Shown here: positions 49,542 through 60,677 of the stretch, piece after piece | Layout of the letters: each line of letters opens with the position of its first letter | How positions within the stretch are numbered: the first letter of the stretch is position 1 | Source: Candidatus Eiseniibacteriota bacterium | GTDB lineage: Bacteria; Eisenbacteria; RBG-16-71-46 | Direction of reading: 5' to 3' | Length of the DNA stretch: 64,000 bases | Assembly (NCBI GenBank): GCA_963744995.1 | Contig: CAVUWA010000001.1 | Location: forward strand, 225,821-289,820 | Program-made: the position numbers and the translations under genes | The notes under the pieces: generated by a model | Seen by the model: only the letters and a program-made list of their open reading frames with translations | What the model was told of the DNA's origin: nothing | Databases searched by the model: none

Positions 49542-49843
49542 TCAGATCGGCAGGTTGAAGCCGCCGGTCGCCTTTCCCATCTTCTCGTTCATCTCGGCCT
49601 CGGAGGCGCGCTGCGCCTCACCGACCGCCGTGATGATGAGATCCTCGAGCAGCGACGCGTCGGACTCCTTGAGCGCCTCCGGGGCGATCTTCAGCTCCTT
49701 CAGCATCTGGCGTCCGTCCACGACCGCCTGCACCATGCCGCCGCCCGCGCTCGCTTCGAAGCGGGCCTCGCCGAACTCTTCCTGCAGCTGCGCGATCTTC
49801 TTCTGCATCTTCTGAGCCTGCTTGACCATGTCGGCGAAGCTCT

Positions 49844-49847
<4 letters not shown>
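49542..49847 (-). CDS. ebfC: YbaB/EbfC nucleoid-associated protein
   Basis: MVKQAQKMQ...SAGGGMV...LEDLI..A; between dnaX and recR. Confidence 0.95.
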
Positions 49848-51703
<1,856 letters not shown>

Positions 51704-51719
51704 GGGTCCCGGGATTGAA

Positions 51720-51817
51720 GGGCCAGGTGGACAGCGGCGCCCCCGAGGAATTGCTTACCGCTGCTACCTTCCGGTCCTGACGGGGTTCACAAGCTCGAGT
51801 CGCGCTGGACCTGGCCC
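51720..51817 (-). ncRNA. ffs: Signal recognition particle RNA (4.5S)
   Basis: TCAGGACCGGAAGGTAGCAGC domain IV inside a long hairpin closed by GGGCCAGGT/ACCTGGCCC; typical position upstream of dnaX. Confidence 0.95.
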
Positions 51818-51828
51818 AAAAAGGAAAA

Positions 51829-51904
51829 TGGTGGAGATGAGCGGATTCGAACCGCCGACCCCCTCGTTGCGAACGAGGTGCTCTCCCAGCTGAGCTACAT
51901 CCCC
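51829..51904 (-). tRNA. tRNA-Ala(CGC)
   Basis: GGGGATGTAGCTCAG...CCTCG TT CGC AA CGAGG...GTTCGAATC...TCTCCACCA; G3:U70 identity pair; 76 nt. Confidence 0.97.
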
Positions 51905-51965
51905 ACACCACTTGGAGTTACGCACACGTTCCCCGCACGGGGCGCGGCCGCAACCAGGCCCGCGC

Positions 51966-51993
51966 ATATTAGCAGTGGCGGGTGACGCGTCAA
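51966..51993 (-). promoter_or_regulatory. Putative sigma70 promoter (extended -10) for tRNA-Ala-ffs-dnaX
   Basis: TTGACG-16nt-TAATAT with TGn extension and a GC-rich discriminator. Confidence 0.65.
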
Positions 51994-52013
51994 GCGCGAG
52001 CCCCCGGTGACCT

Positions 52014-53777
52014 CTACGGGAGTCGCACGATGCGGCGCACGAGCGTGCCGCTCGCGGTGCGCGCTCTCGCCAGATAGACGCCGGGCGGCATGCCGCGTCC
52101 GCCCCGGTCGCGCCCGTCCCACTGCACCGAACTCGTGCCGGCGGGCAGGATTCCGTCGTGCAGCACCGCCACCCGGCGTCCCGCCAGATCGAGCACCTCC
52201 ACCCGGACCGGGGCGGCTTCGCGCAGCGAGAGATCGAGCGTCGACCACGCGCTCCCGGGGTTGGGCCTCGGTGCGGACATCGCGAACCCCGGCACTGCCG
52301 GCGGCGGCGCGACGCTCACGGTCGAGCCCACGCCGCCCTCGCGGGTGAAGCGCATCACGTAGAGGTCGGAGTGGCTGGCGGTGAAGTCGCGCCGATCCTC
52401 CCAGAGCACGAACGCGCCGTCGAGTCCGTCCGACACCAGGGCGGCCGGGAACTGGTCTCCGGTGAGGCTGCAGAGCGCAAGCCCGGTGTCGGGGAACGCC
52501 GCCGGCACCTGCGCCATCGCGTCCACACGGCTGCCGAACACGTTGGGCCGGTTGCGGCGAAACGCGAACATCGCGCCGCCGGCGCCGTCGGACACGACCA
52601 GCGGCCAGCCGGAGAGGATGTCCGCCGATTGCGCGACGACCCGGCCGCCGGATGGCCAGGACGGCGCGAACGTGCCGTCGGCTTCCACGCGCCGGGCCAC
52701 GTAGGCGTCGGGGGCCTGACCGGTGCGCAACCAGGCCAGCATCGCCGCGCCGACGCCGGTCGGAACGATCACCGGCAGGTCGACGTCGTCGGACGACACC
52801 ACGACGGCGAGGCCATCCGCCGGCCATCCCGGCCGGGGCGCCGCACCCGCACCCAGTCGAATGACGTAGATCGCGTTCGCCCCCGCGGCGCAGTCGCGGC
52901 AGTCGCGCCAGCCGAGGAACAGCCCGCCGGCGCCGTCGCTCATCGCGACCGGGCGGCTGGTGAAGGAAGGCGTGGTCCACCGCCCGGTCTCGGCGCCGTC
53001 CGCGCCGTGGTGCGTCGCCGCGACCTGATAGGTCGCGTTCGAGTTCTCGCTCACCAGCCAGAAGCCGCCGCTGCCGTCGCCGACGAGCGCGTGCGGATAC
53101 TTGTAGCCCGGCCCGCTCGTGAGGCCGCGACCCGTGGCAGGCCAGGCGGGATCCAGCGTCCCGTCCGCGAGCACGTGGTGGGCGAACACGTCGTAGATGA
53201 TCGTCCCTCCGGGCGGCGTATGGCGCGCATCGGTCCAGGCGATGAAGGCGCCCCCCGCACCATCGCCGCACATGGCCACCAGGTCATTGAGCGGCCCGAG
53301 CCCCTGCGGGTTGGTGCTGGTGCAGATCGGCGTGCCGCCGGCGTTCCAGCCCGTCGCGATCGAGGCCTCGGCGTCGACGCGAAGGGCGTAGATCCCGCGC
53401 GGGCCGCCCGCGGCGCGGTAGTCGAACCAGGTCAGGAGCGCGCCGCCCGAGCCGTCGGCGACGACCACGAGCCGGGCGGGTGCGGCGGGCGGCACCACGA
53501 CCCCGCGGCCGCCCTCGGGCCAGCCGGGGGCGAGGGCTCCCGTGAGCGTCAGGTGCTGAGCGAACACGACGTGAAGCGGTGAGCCGACGTCGGTCCAGAA
53601 CACGTGGGCCTCGCCGCCCGGGCCGGTGAGGCCCACGGGCCGCAGCTGATCGGTCGGCCCGACGGCCAGCGGTCGCCCCGACGCCGGCCACTCGGCGCGG
53701 GCGGGCGCCGCGCCCACGCAGGCCGCGATCAGAACGAGCAGGCCGAGGCGCCTGGCGCGCCGGAGTTCCACGAGCAC
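52014..53777 (-). CDS. Secreted propeller-like repeat protein with FlgD/T9SS-like CTD
   Basis: Signal peptide; repeats DG.GGA...W.D.R....Y..R....G.....WP..G; C-terminal PRPNP...DLAGRRV...WDGRD..G..MPPGVY. Confidence 0.85.
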   Translation of the reverse strand: MLVELRRARRLGLLVLIAACVGAAPARAEWPASGRPLAVGPTDQLRPVGLTGPGGEAHVFWTDVGSPLHVVFAQHLTLTGALAPGWPEGGRGVVVPPAAPARLVVVADGSGGALLTWFDYRAAGGPRGIYALRVDAEASIATGWNAGGTPICTSTNPQGLGPLNDLVAMCGDGAGGAFIAWTDARHTPPGGTIIYDVFAHHVLADGTLDPAWPATGRGLTSGPGYKYPHALVGDGSGGFWLVSENSNATYQVAATHHGADGAETGRWTTPSFTSRPVAMSDGAGGLFLGWRDCRDCAAGANAIYVIRLGAGAAPRPGWPADGLAVVVSSDDVDLPVIVPTGVGAAMLAWLRTGQAPDAYVARRVEADGTFAPSWPSGGRVVAQSADILSGWPLVVSDGAGGAMFAFRRNRPNVFGSRVDAMAQVPAAFPDTGLALCSLTGDQFPAALVSDGLDGAFVLWEDRRDFTASHSDLYVMRFTREGGVGSTVSVAPPPAVPGFAMSAPRPNPGSAWSTLDLSLREAAPVRVEVLDLAGRRVAVLHDGILPAGTSSVQWDGRDRGGRGMPPGVYLARARTASGTLVRRIVRLP

Positions 53778-53891
53778 GAAACGCTCCTCCTCCCGGGCGG
53801 ACCCGATTCCGCCCGGGCCCGCTCGAATGATAAGGCGCGGTGGATGCCCCGCACAGGCCGTCGATTCCGGGGCAACGGCGGGCGGGAGGCG

Positions 53892-54854
53892 CTAGACGTC
53901 GGTGTCGGCCCGCTCCCCGGGCGCGAGCGGCCTCCGTTTCGGCCACAGCAGCGAACCGACCACGCTCGCCAGCAGCAGGCCAGCGACCACCAGCAGCGAC
54001 ACCGTGATCGGCACCGGGAAGAGGTCGGTGAACACCATCTTGAGGCCGACGAACACGAGGATGCCGGCGAGCCCGTAGTGCAGCAGGTGGAACATGTTCA
54101 TGAGGCCCGCGAGCGTGAAGTAGAGCGCGCGGAGCCCCATGATCGCGAACGCGTTCGAGGTGAACACGATGAACGGATCGCGGCTGATCGCGATTACCGC
54201 CGGCACCGAATCCACCGCGAAGAGCACGTCGGTGGTCTCGATCACGATCAGCACCACCATCAGCGGCGTCGCCAGCCAGCGGCCGGCGCGCGCGACGAAG
54301 AACCGGTCCCCTTCATAGGTCTCGGTGACCGGGACGACCCGCCGGAACAGGCGTAGGATCGGGTTCCGTTCCGGCTCGACCTTCGGCTCCCGGTTGCGCC
54401 ACATGTTGACGCCGGAGAAGACCAGGATGGCGCCGAACGCGTAGGTGAGCCAGTGGAAGCGCTCGATCAGCGAGATGCCGGCGAGGATGAAGCCGAGCCG
54501 GAACACCAGCGCGCCGAGGATCCCCCAGGTCAGCACCTTGTGCTGGTACTCCCTCGGCACGTGGAAGTAGGAGAAGATCAGCAGGAAGACGAACAGGTTG
54601 TCGACGCTGAGCGACTCTTCGATCAGGTACGCGGTGACGAACTGCAGTGCCGGCTCGTGACCGCGGAAGTGCAGGACGCCGAGTCCGAACAGCAGCGCCA
54701 GCGACACCCACAGCACCGTCCAGCCGAGCGATTCGCGCAGCGAGACGACGTGCGACCTGCGCCGGAACACCATCGCGTCCAGCAGCACCATCGCGACGAT
54801 GAAGACGCCGAAAATGATCCAGCCCAGCGGGGTGTTGGAGAGCAGTTCCAGCAT
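53892..54854 (-). CDS. TerC/Alx family membrane protein
   Basis: YLIEESLSVDNLFVF, QHKVL.WGI.GA, DVLFAVDSVPA, SNAFAIMGLRALYF. Confidence 0.95.
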   Translation of the reverse strand: MLELLSNTPLGWIIFGVFIVAMVLLDAMVFRRRSHVVSLRESLGWTVLWVSLALLFGLGVLHFRGHEPALQFVTAYLIEESLSVDNLFVFLLIFSYFHVPREYQHKVLTWGILGALVFRLGFILAGISLIERFHWLTYAFGAILVFSGVNMWRNREPKVEPERNPILRLFRRVVPVTETYEGDRFFVARAGRWLATPLMVVLIVIETTDVLFAVDSVPAVIAISRDPFIVFTSNAFAIMGLRALYFTLAGLMNMFHLLHYGLAGILVFVGLKMVFTDLFPVPITVSLLVVAGLLLASVVGSLLWPKRRPLAPGERADTDV

Positions 54855-54884
54855 CTTTCGTCCCGGCGAGCCCGGCAGGGATAA

Positions 54885-54974
54885 TGGCGGAGAGAGAGGG
54901 ATTCGAACCCTCGAGGAGCGTTAACCCCTACACGATTTCCAATCGTGCTCCTTCGACCACTCGGACATCTCTCC
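54885..54974 (-). tRNA. tRNA-Ser(GGA)
   Basis: GGAGAGATGTCCGAGTGG...CACGA TT GGA AA TCGTG, long variable arm, GGTTCGAATCC, GCCA; 90 nt. Confidence 0.97.
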
Positions 54975-55171
54975 GCAAAGGTGTGCAGCGGCCGAACCGC
55001 CTCCCGGGCGCCGGGGTTGCGCACCGAGGGCACGAAGAGTTATCACGCCGCCGATGGAGCGGCAACTCCTGACGACTCTTTGACCGGCCGATCGCGTACA
55101 CTCTCCCGGCACTGTCGTATCTCCTTTACCGGCGCGACCGCCGCCGTTCCCGAACCCCGGAGCCCTGGACC

Positions 55172-56515
55172 ATGCGCCTCGATCCCTGCCTGCGACATAC
55201 CCTGGCGGCGGTCGCCGTCACCGCCGGCCTGCTCGCGCTGGGCCTGCCCTCGCTCTCCTGCGCCTCCGAGAACGACGGCCGGGGCGTCACCGCGAAGACC
55301 CACGGCGCGGGCACCATGTATTCGGGGAAGGACGACGTCACCCCCGCCGACAAGCTGCCCAAGCTCGACAATCAGTCGATCCGCCAGCTGGCGATGATGG
55401 CGTCGGATCCCGGCCGGAGCATGGAGGCCGTGCGCCGGTTGCGCGGCTACGTCCAGGCGCAGACCGATCCCGCCATGGCCGGGTTCCTGCGGCGCCTGCT
55501 GGTGCGCGCGCTGATCACCACCGAGGCGCCGGTCGGCGAGATCGTGGAGCAGACCGAGCTCGCCGCGCCCGCGATTCCGCAGGACGGCAGCATCCGCACG
55601 CTGTTCTACCTCGAGGCCGCGCAGGCGCTGATCGATCGCGGGGAGGCCGGCAAGTCGGCGGTCGCGTTCGCGCGGAAGGCGCTCGATGCGATTCCCGCAG
55701 CCGAAGCCCGGCCCGAGGTGCAGGCGTACACGAAGGGCGTGCTCGGCCGCGCCCTGCTCGCGGACGGCCAGTGCAAGCCGGCGATCGCCGCGCTCACCGA
55801 TGCGGTGCCCGCGGTGCCGGACAGCCAGCCGGTCCTCGCCGCGCTCGGCGCCGCCTACGAGGCGTGCGGCGAGCCGAAACAGGCGATCGGCTACTACGTG
55901 CGCTCGCTCGGGGTCTACGGCAGCGACGACAGCACCGCGGCCGTTCCGCTGCGGCGCCTGTATGCCGCGCAGAACGGCTCGACCCGGGGGCTCGATCAGC
56001 AGATCCAGGCGGCCTACGACGCCTCGATGCGCCAGGCGGTGTTCGAGTCGCGGCGCTACGAGGCGCCGATGCCCGAGTGGCGGCTCGAAGACACGAACGG
56101 CCACCTGGTGCGCTCGCAGGACCTCGCCGGCAAGGTGCTGGTGCTCGATTTCTGGGGTTCGTGGTGCGGCCCGTGCCGCATGGAGCTGCCGCACTTCCAG
56201 TCGCTCTACGAGAAGTTCAAGGACAGGGGCGTGGTGTTCTACGGCATCAACTGGGAGCGCGCCGACCGCTCGCAGCGCAAGGCCCAGGCGAGCGCCTACA
56301 TGAAGGCGAATTCGTTCGACTTTCCCAACGTCTTCGACCTCGAGGACAAGACCCCCACCGCCTTCAAGGTGGAGTCGTTCCCGACCGTGTTCCTCGTCGA
56401 TGCGACCGGGCAGATCCGTTACCGGAACATCGGCTTCAGCCCGGCGATCAGCGACATCATGAGCCGGCAGATCGAGTCGCTGCTCGCAGAGAGCGGCGGC
56501 GCCGCGAAGAAGTAG
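55172..56515 (+). CDS. Exported TPR + TlpA/ResA-like thiol-disulfide oxidoreductase
   Basis: Signal peptide, TPR-like helices, GKVLVLDFWGSWCGPCRMELP, cis-Pro motif FPTVFLVD. Confidence 0.88.
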   Translation: MRLDPCLRHTLAAVAVTAGLLALGLPSLSCASENDGRGVTAKTHGAGTMYSGKDDVTPADKLPKLDNQSIRQLAMMASDPGRSMEAVRRLRGYVQAQTDPAMAGFLRRLLVRALITTEAPVGEIVEQTELAAPAIPQDGSIRTLFYLEAAQALIDRGEAGKSAVAFARKALDAIPAAEARPEVQAYTKGVLGRALLADGQCKPAIAALTDAVPAVPDSQPVLAALGAAYEACGEPKQAIGYYVRSLGVYGSDDSTAAVPLRRLYAAQNGSTRGLDQQIQAAYDASMRQAVFESRRYEAPMPEWRLEDTNGHLVRSQDLAGKVLVLDFWGSWCGPCRMELPHFQSLYEKFKDRGVVFYGINWERADRSQRKAQASAYMKANSFDFPNVFDLEDKTPTAFKVESFPTVFLVDATGQIRYRNIGFSPAISDIMSRQIESLLAESGGAAKK

Positions 56516-56608
56516 CGCCGGGCGCGGCACCGGCGGGCGGGGCGCGCTCGATGCGCCGCCATCCCGTGCGCCGGCTGCCTCCATGCGGCATCCGGCTGCC
56601 CCGCGCGC

Positions 56609-57265
56609 TCACTCCTCCGGCGCCGGGTAGAACATCAGCGCCAGCGAGTAGGTCAGCGCTTCGCTCTTCCCGCCCTTCGCCCGCTTCCCCGGCGCGCTCT
56701 TGCGCAGCTCGAGCAGCTCCATGAGGCGCGTGCGAATCGCCTCGATCTCCTCGCGCGAACCGCGCACCATCGCGCGCGCGATCACCGGCGAGACCGGCGG
56801 CCTGGGATGCTCGGCGCCGAAGAAGTCGAGCACCTCGTTGCGCGTGGCATCGACGACGGTGCGGATCATCCCCGCACTCCCCGCCCCCGCCGCCTTCCCC
56901 GCGGCGGCGAACGCCTCCTGGCCGATCTCGAAGCGGCGCGCGGCGGCGCGGTAGTACTTCTCGGTCGCGCCGCGGACCTGGCGCGTTTCGGTGAGTTCGA
57001 TGAGCCCCACGCGCGCCATCGCGTCCACGTGATGGTAGAGGCGCGTGGGCTTCTCGCCGAGCAGCCCGGCCACCTGCTTGGCGGTGCGCGGCGCCTCGCC
57101 GAACAGCTCGAGCATCCGCAGGCGGAGCGGGTGCGCCATCACCTTCACCTGCTCCAGCTGCGACACGCGCATCGCGCCGGGCGCGGGCGCCGGGCCCGCC
57201 GCCGTCCTGCTCTTGCCCGCCGCCCGGCGCGGGCGGGCCGGGGTTCCTGAACGCTTCCTGGCCAT
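56609..57265 (-). CDS. ArsR/HTH_20 winged-helix transcriptional regulator
   Basis: KVMAHPLRLRML...TAKQVA..LG...LYHHV.....GLIE...VRGATEKYYRA. Confidence 0.9.
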   Translation of the reverse strand: MARKRSGTPARPRRAAGKSRTAAGPAPAPGAMRVSQLEQVKVMAHPLRLRMLELFGEAPRTAKQVAGLLGEKPTRLYHHVDAMARVGLIELTETRQVRGATEKYYRAAARRFEIGQEAFAAAGKAAGAGSAGMIRTVVDATRNEVLDFFGAEHPRPPVSPVIARAMVRGSREEIEAIRTRLMELLELRKSAPGKRAKGGKSEALTYSLALMFYPAPEE

Positions 57266-57329
57266 GGCTCCTATTCCGTTGCGGGACTTCGAGCTACGAA
57301 CGCGTTCAGGGTAGCCCGTGGAATCCCGG

Positions 57330-57366
57330 TTGACAATGTTCCATTATTCAATATTGTTTGAACATT
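57330..57366 (+). promoter_or_regulatory. Sigma70 promoter with overlapping inverted-repeat operator
   Basis: TTGACA(57330)-16nt-TATTGT; AATGTTC-N18-GAACATT inverted repeat in an AT-rich island between the divergent regulator and protease genes. Confidence 0.7.
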
Positions 57367-57395
57367 CACTGTTGGCCGAGCAATGATAGCGAGCC

Positions 57396-58988
57396 ATGGG
57401 GAGATCCGCCATGAACCGCCGACCCGCCGCCGTCCGCCCCGCGACCCTCGTCGCCATGTGTCTCACGATCGCCTCCGCCGCCGCCGGCGCCGACCGCGGC
57501 GCGGCCGCCGCCACGCCGCTGCTCGCCCGCGCCCGCGCCGCCCTGGGCACGGACTGGACCCGCGCCGCGGCCGGGATCCGCTTCCGCGGCACCGCCGACT
57601 ACCTCGGCCGGCAGGGCCCGCTGGAGATCCTGCTCGCCGCGGACGGGCGGTTCGCCCGCCGGTTCGCCACCGAGCTTCCCGCGGCCATCGGCTTCGACGG
57701 CACGCACTGCTGGAACACCGACTGGACCGGCATGTCGCGCGAGCTGCAGCTCGCCGAGCGCGACTGGGCGGAAGTGTCGATGGCGCTGGTGAGCGGGGCG
57801 TGGCTCCGCGAGGGTTTCCCGTGGCAGATCGCGCCCGCGCCCGAGTCTTCCGAGGATGCTCCGGCGCTCCGGCTCACGCGCGAAGAGCCCGGCGCCGCGC
57901 TGACGCTCAGGCTCGACCCCGCGACCGGCCTCCCCGCGCGGCTCACGCGTCGCGGCATCTCGGGCGAGCAGGCCCTCGAGCTCGGCGACTGGATCCGGGT
58001 CGCCGGGCGCCGCTTCCCCGCGCGCCTCGAGGAGACCCGCTCGGGCCAGCGGATGACGCTCACCGCCGCATCGATCGAGCCGGTCGCGGCCGGCGACGCC
58101 GCGCTGGCCGCGGGCACGTTCACCGCACCGCCCGATCCCGCCGACGCCGTGTTCGAGGCCGGAATGGCTGCCGGGCTCGAAGTGCGGCGCGTGCCGACCG
58201 GGCACTTTCTCGTGAAGCCGAGGATCGACGGCCGCGACGTCGGCTGGTTCATCTTCGACACCGGCGCCGGCGGCTCGACCCTTTCCCCCGAGGTGGCGCG
58301 CGCCCTCGAGCTGCCGGTCGTGGGCGAGGGCGGCGTCATGAGCGTCTTCGGCTACACGCCGGCGCGCATCCATCGTGCGCACACGCTCACGCTCGGTCCG
58401 CTGACGATCCGCCGGCCGGTGTTCGTCGAGTTCGACCTCGCGCCGTTCGAGGGTCCGCTCGGCGAGAAGATCGCGGGCATCGTCGGTTACGACGTCATGC
58501 GTCGCGCGATCGTCGAGCTGGAGGTCGCCGGGAGCCGCCTCGCCCTGCACGCGCGCGCGGACTTCGACACGACCGGCATGCCCTGGCAGCCGCTGTACCT
58601 GAACGACCGGCACCCGATCGTCGCAGCCTCGTTCGAAGGCCACGCGGGACTGTTCAAACTCGACGTGGGCGCCTCCGGCGGACCGTTCGGCAACGTGACC
58701 ATGCACGCGCCGGCGGTGGAGCGGCTCGGCCTGATCGAGGACCGTGACGTGCAGCCCGCGCACGCGGCGGGCGGCGCGGTGGCGTTCGGCCGGGCCGCGT
58801 GGTTCGAGCTCGCCGGCCATCGGTTCGAATCCCCCACGGTGGTGTTCGCCACCGATCGCGGCAGCGGCCCGTTCCAGGACGTCGTGACCCTCGGCAACAT
58901 CGGCCTGAATTTCATGGAGCCGTTCCGGATCGTGTTCGACTACGCCGACGGGCGGATTGCGATGGTGGAGCGGGCGACGAAGCCGTAG
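57396..58988 (+). CDS. Secreted aspartyl protease with two retropepsin-like domains
   Basis: Signal peptide; FIFDTGAGG...GIVGYDVM; second lobe FKLDVGASG...GNIGLNFM..F..VFDY. Confidence 0.82.
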   Translation: MGRSAMNRRPAAVRPATLVAMCLTIASAAAGADRGAAAATPLLARARAALGTDWTRAAAGIRFRGTADYLGRQGPLEILLAADGRFARRFATELPAAIGFDGTHCWNTDWTGMSRELQLAERDWAEVSMALVSGAWLREGFPWQIAPAPESSEDAPALRLTREEPGAALTLRLDPATGLPARLTRRGISGEQALELGDWIRVAGRRFPARLEETRSGQRMTLTAASIEPVAAGDAALAAGTFTAPPDPADAVFEAGMAAGLEVRRVPTGHFLVKPRIDGRDVGWFIFDTGAGGSTLSPEVARALELPVVGEGGVMSVFGYTPARIHRAHTLTLGPLTIRRPVFVEFDLAPFEGPLGEKIAGIVGYDVMRRAIVELEVAGSRLALHARADFDTTGMPWQPLYLNDRHPIVAASFEGHAGLFKLDVGASGGPFGNVTMHAPAVERLGLIEDRDVQPAHAAGGAVAFGRAAWFELAGHRFESPTVVFATDRGSGPFQDVVTLGNIGLNFMEPFRIVFDYADGRIAMVERATKP

Positions 58989-59168
58989 GCTGCAGACGTG
59001 GCCCGGAACCCCGGCACGCCGCGGATTCCGGGCCGCGCCCAACCGGTTTCGAAACCACCCGTGGGACGAGGCGGATCGCCCCGGTCCGTGCCTCGTTCGG
59101 CGTCCGGCTGGCCGCGCACGTGGTGAAGCAGGCGACAATACCGTTCTGCGGAGGCACCCTCTCCGGCC

Positions 59169-60677
59169 ATGAATCCACTCAGTCGCAGGAAGTTCCTGAT
59201 TCGCGGCGGCGCTTCGCTGGCGGGCGTCATGATGAGCGGCCCGCTGCTCGGGCGGCTGATGCTCCCGGCCGGCGCTGCCGGGGCCGCGGACGCGGACGCA
59301 TTCCCCGGCCCGCTCACCGACGTGTTCGCCTCGATCGTCGCCGACCTCGAGCGGAAGTTCCCCTACGCCTCGGCGCTCCATACCTCGACCGGCGGGGTCA
59401 CGATGACCCGCCACCGCCAGGGCAAGAGCGTGAGCGAGTCGCCGTTCGGCACGAGCGGCGTCTCGCTGCGCGTGTTCGACGGCCGCGTGTTCCATGAGTC
59501 CGCGGTCGGCACCAGCGACGCCGACGCGCTTCATGCCGCGGCGAAGGCGTTGAAGAACGAAGTCACGCTCGCGGCCGGGGGCCGGAAGATCGAACCGCTG
59601 GCCGAGCATGCGGAGGTCTGGCGCACGCCGATGAAGATCGACCCGGACACGCTGTCGCTGGCCGAGCGCATGACGCGGCTCGAGCACGAGTTCGAGCGCG
59701 GCAACTGGGACGACCCCCGCATCCGCAACGTGACGGTGACCACCAGCGCGGACCGCATCCGCCGCGTCTTCGTGGACCGCACCCGGAGGCTGGCGAGCGA
59801 GTCCATGATGATCGGCCACACGCTGATCATGTTCGGCTTCGACGGGGGCCGCCCGGGCTTTTCGTTCGTGCGCAACGTCGCGCAGGGCGGCTACGAGCTC
59901 GCCACGTTGAGCGAGGCGCAGATCGAGAAGTCGCGCCGCGAGGTGGTGGACATGTTCGGCGCCGTGCCCCTGCAGGCGGGCGAATACGATGTGATCTTCG
60001 CGCCGCCGGTATCGGGGCTGCTCGCGCACGAGAGCTTCGGGCACGGCGTCGAGATGGATCAGTTCGTGAAACATCGCGCGAAGGCGCAGGAGTTCCTCGG
60101 CAAGAAGGTGGCGTCGGAGATCGTCAGCCTGCTCGACGACCCGTCGGTCGCCGGGGCGCGCGGCTCCTACGCGTTCGACGACGAGGGCGTGATCGCGGCA
60201 CCGACCCGGATCATCGAGAACGGGGTGTTCCGCCGCCCGCTCACCGACCTCGCCTCGGCGACGCAGCTCGGCACGGAGCGCACCCCGAACGGCCGCACCC
60301 AGGCATGGAACCGCAAGGTCTACCCGCGCATGTCGAACACGTTCATCGCGAGCGGCACCAGCACGAAGGAAGAGGTGTTCGCGAGCCTCACCGACGGGCT
60401 CTACCTCGAGGGCTTCCGCAACGGCATCGAGGATCCGCAGGGCTGGGGGATTCAGTTCACCGCACGCCAGGCGCGCGAGGTGAAGGGCGGCAAGTTCACC
60501 GGCCGGATCTTCGCGCCCGTCACCGTGACCGGCTACGTGCCGGAGATCCTGTCGAGCATCACCCACGTCGCGAACGACTTCGAGCTCGTGCCGGGCACGT
60601 GCGGCAAGGGCTTCAAGGAATTCGTCCCGGTCAGCTCGGGCGGCCCGCACCTGCGCACGCGCGCGAGGGTGTCGTGA
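59169..60677 (+). CDS. tldD: TldD family metalloprotease with Tat signal peptide
   Basis: SRRKFL Tat motif; HESFGHGVE, DDP, FDDEG, NGR...PRMSNT, C-terminal GTCGKG. Confidence 0.9.
   Translation: MNPLSRRKFLIRGGASLAGVMMSGPLLGRLMLPAGAAGAADADAFPGPLTDVFASIVADLERKFPYASALHTSTGGVTMTRHRQGKSVSESPFGTSGVSLRVFDGRVFHESAVGTSDADALHAAAKALKNEVTLAAGGRKIEPLAEHAEVWRTPMKIDPDTLSLAERMTRLEHEFERGNWDDPRIRNVTVTTSADRIRRVFVDRTRRLASESMMIGHTLIMFGFDGGRPGFSFVRNVAQGGYELATLSEAQIEKSRREVVDMFGAVPLQAGEYDVIFAPPVSGLLAHESFGHGVEMDQFVKHRAKAQEFLGKKVASEIVSLLDDPSVAGARGSYAFDDEGVIAAPTRIIENGVFRRPLTDLASATQLGTERTPNGRTQAWNRKVYPRMSNTFIASGTSTKEEVFASLTDGLYLEGFRNGIEDPQGWGIQFTARQAREVKGGKFTGRIFAPVTVTGYVPEILSSITHVANDFELVPGTCGKGFKEFVPVSSGGPHLRTRARVS

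Noticed and set aside
59038..59075. AACC..TTCGAAA...GTGGGACG resembling a c-di-GMP-I aptamer
   Set aside because: The bases flanking GAAA do not form the required stem; kept only as a generic hairpin finding.
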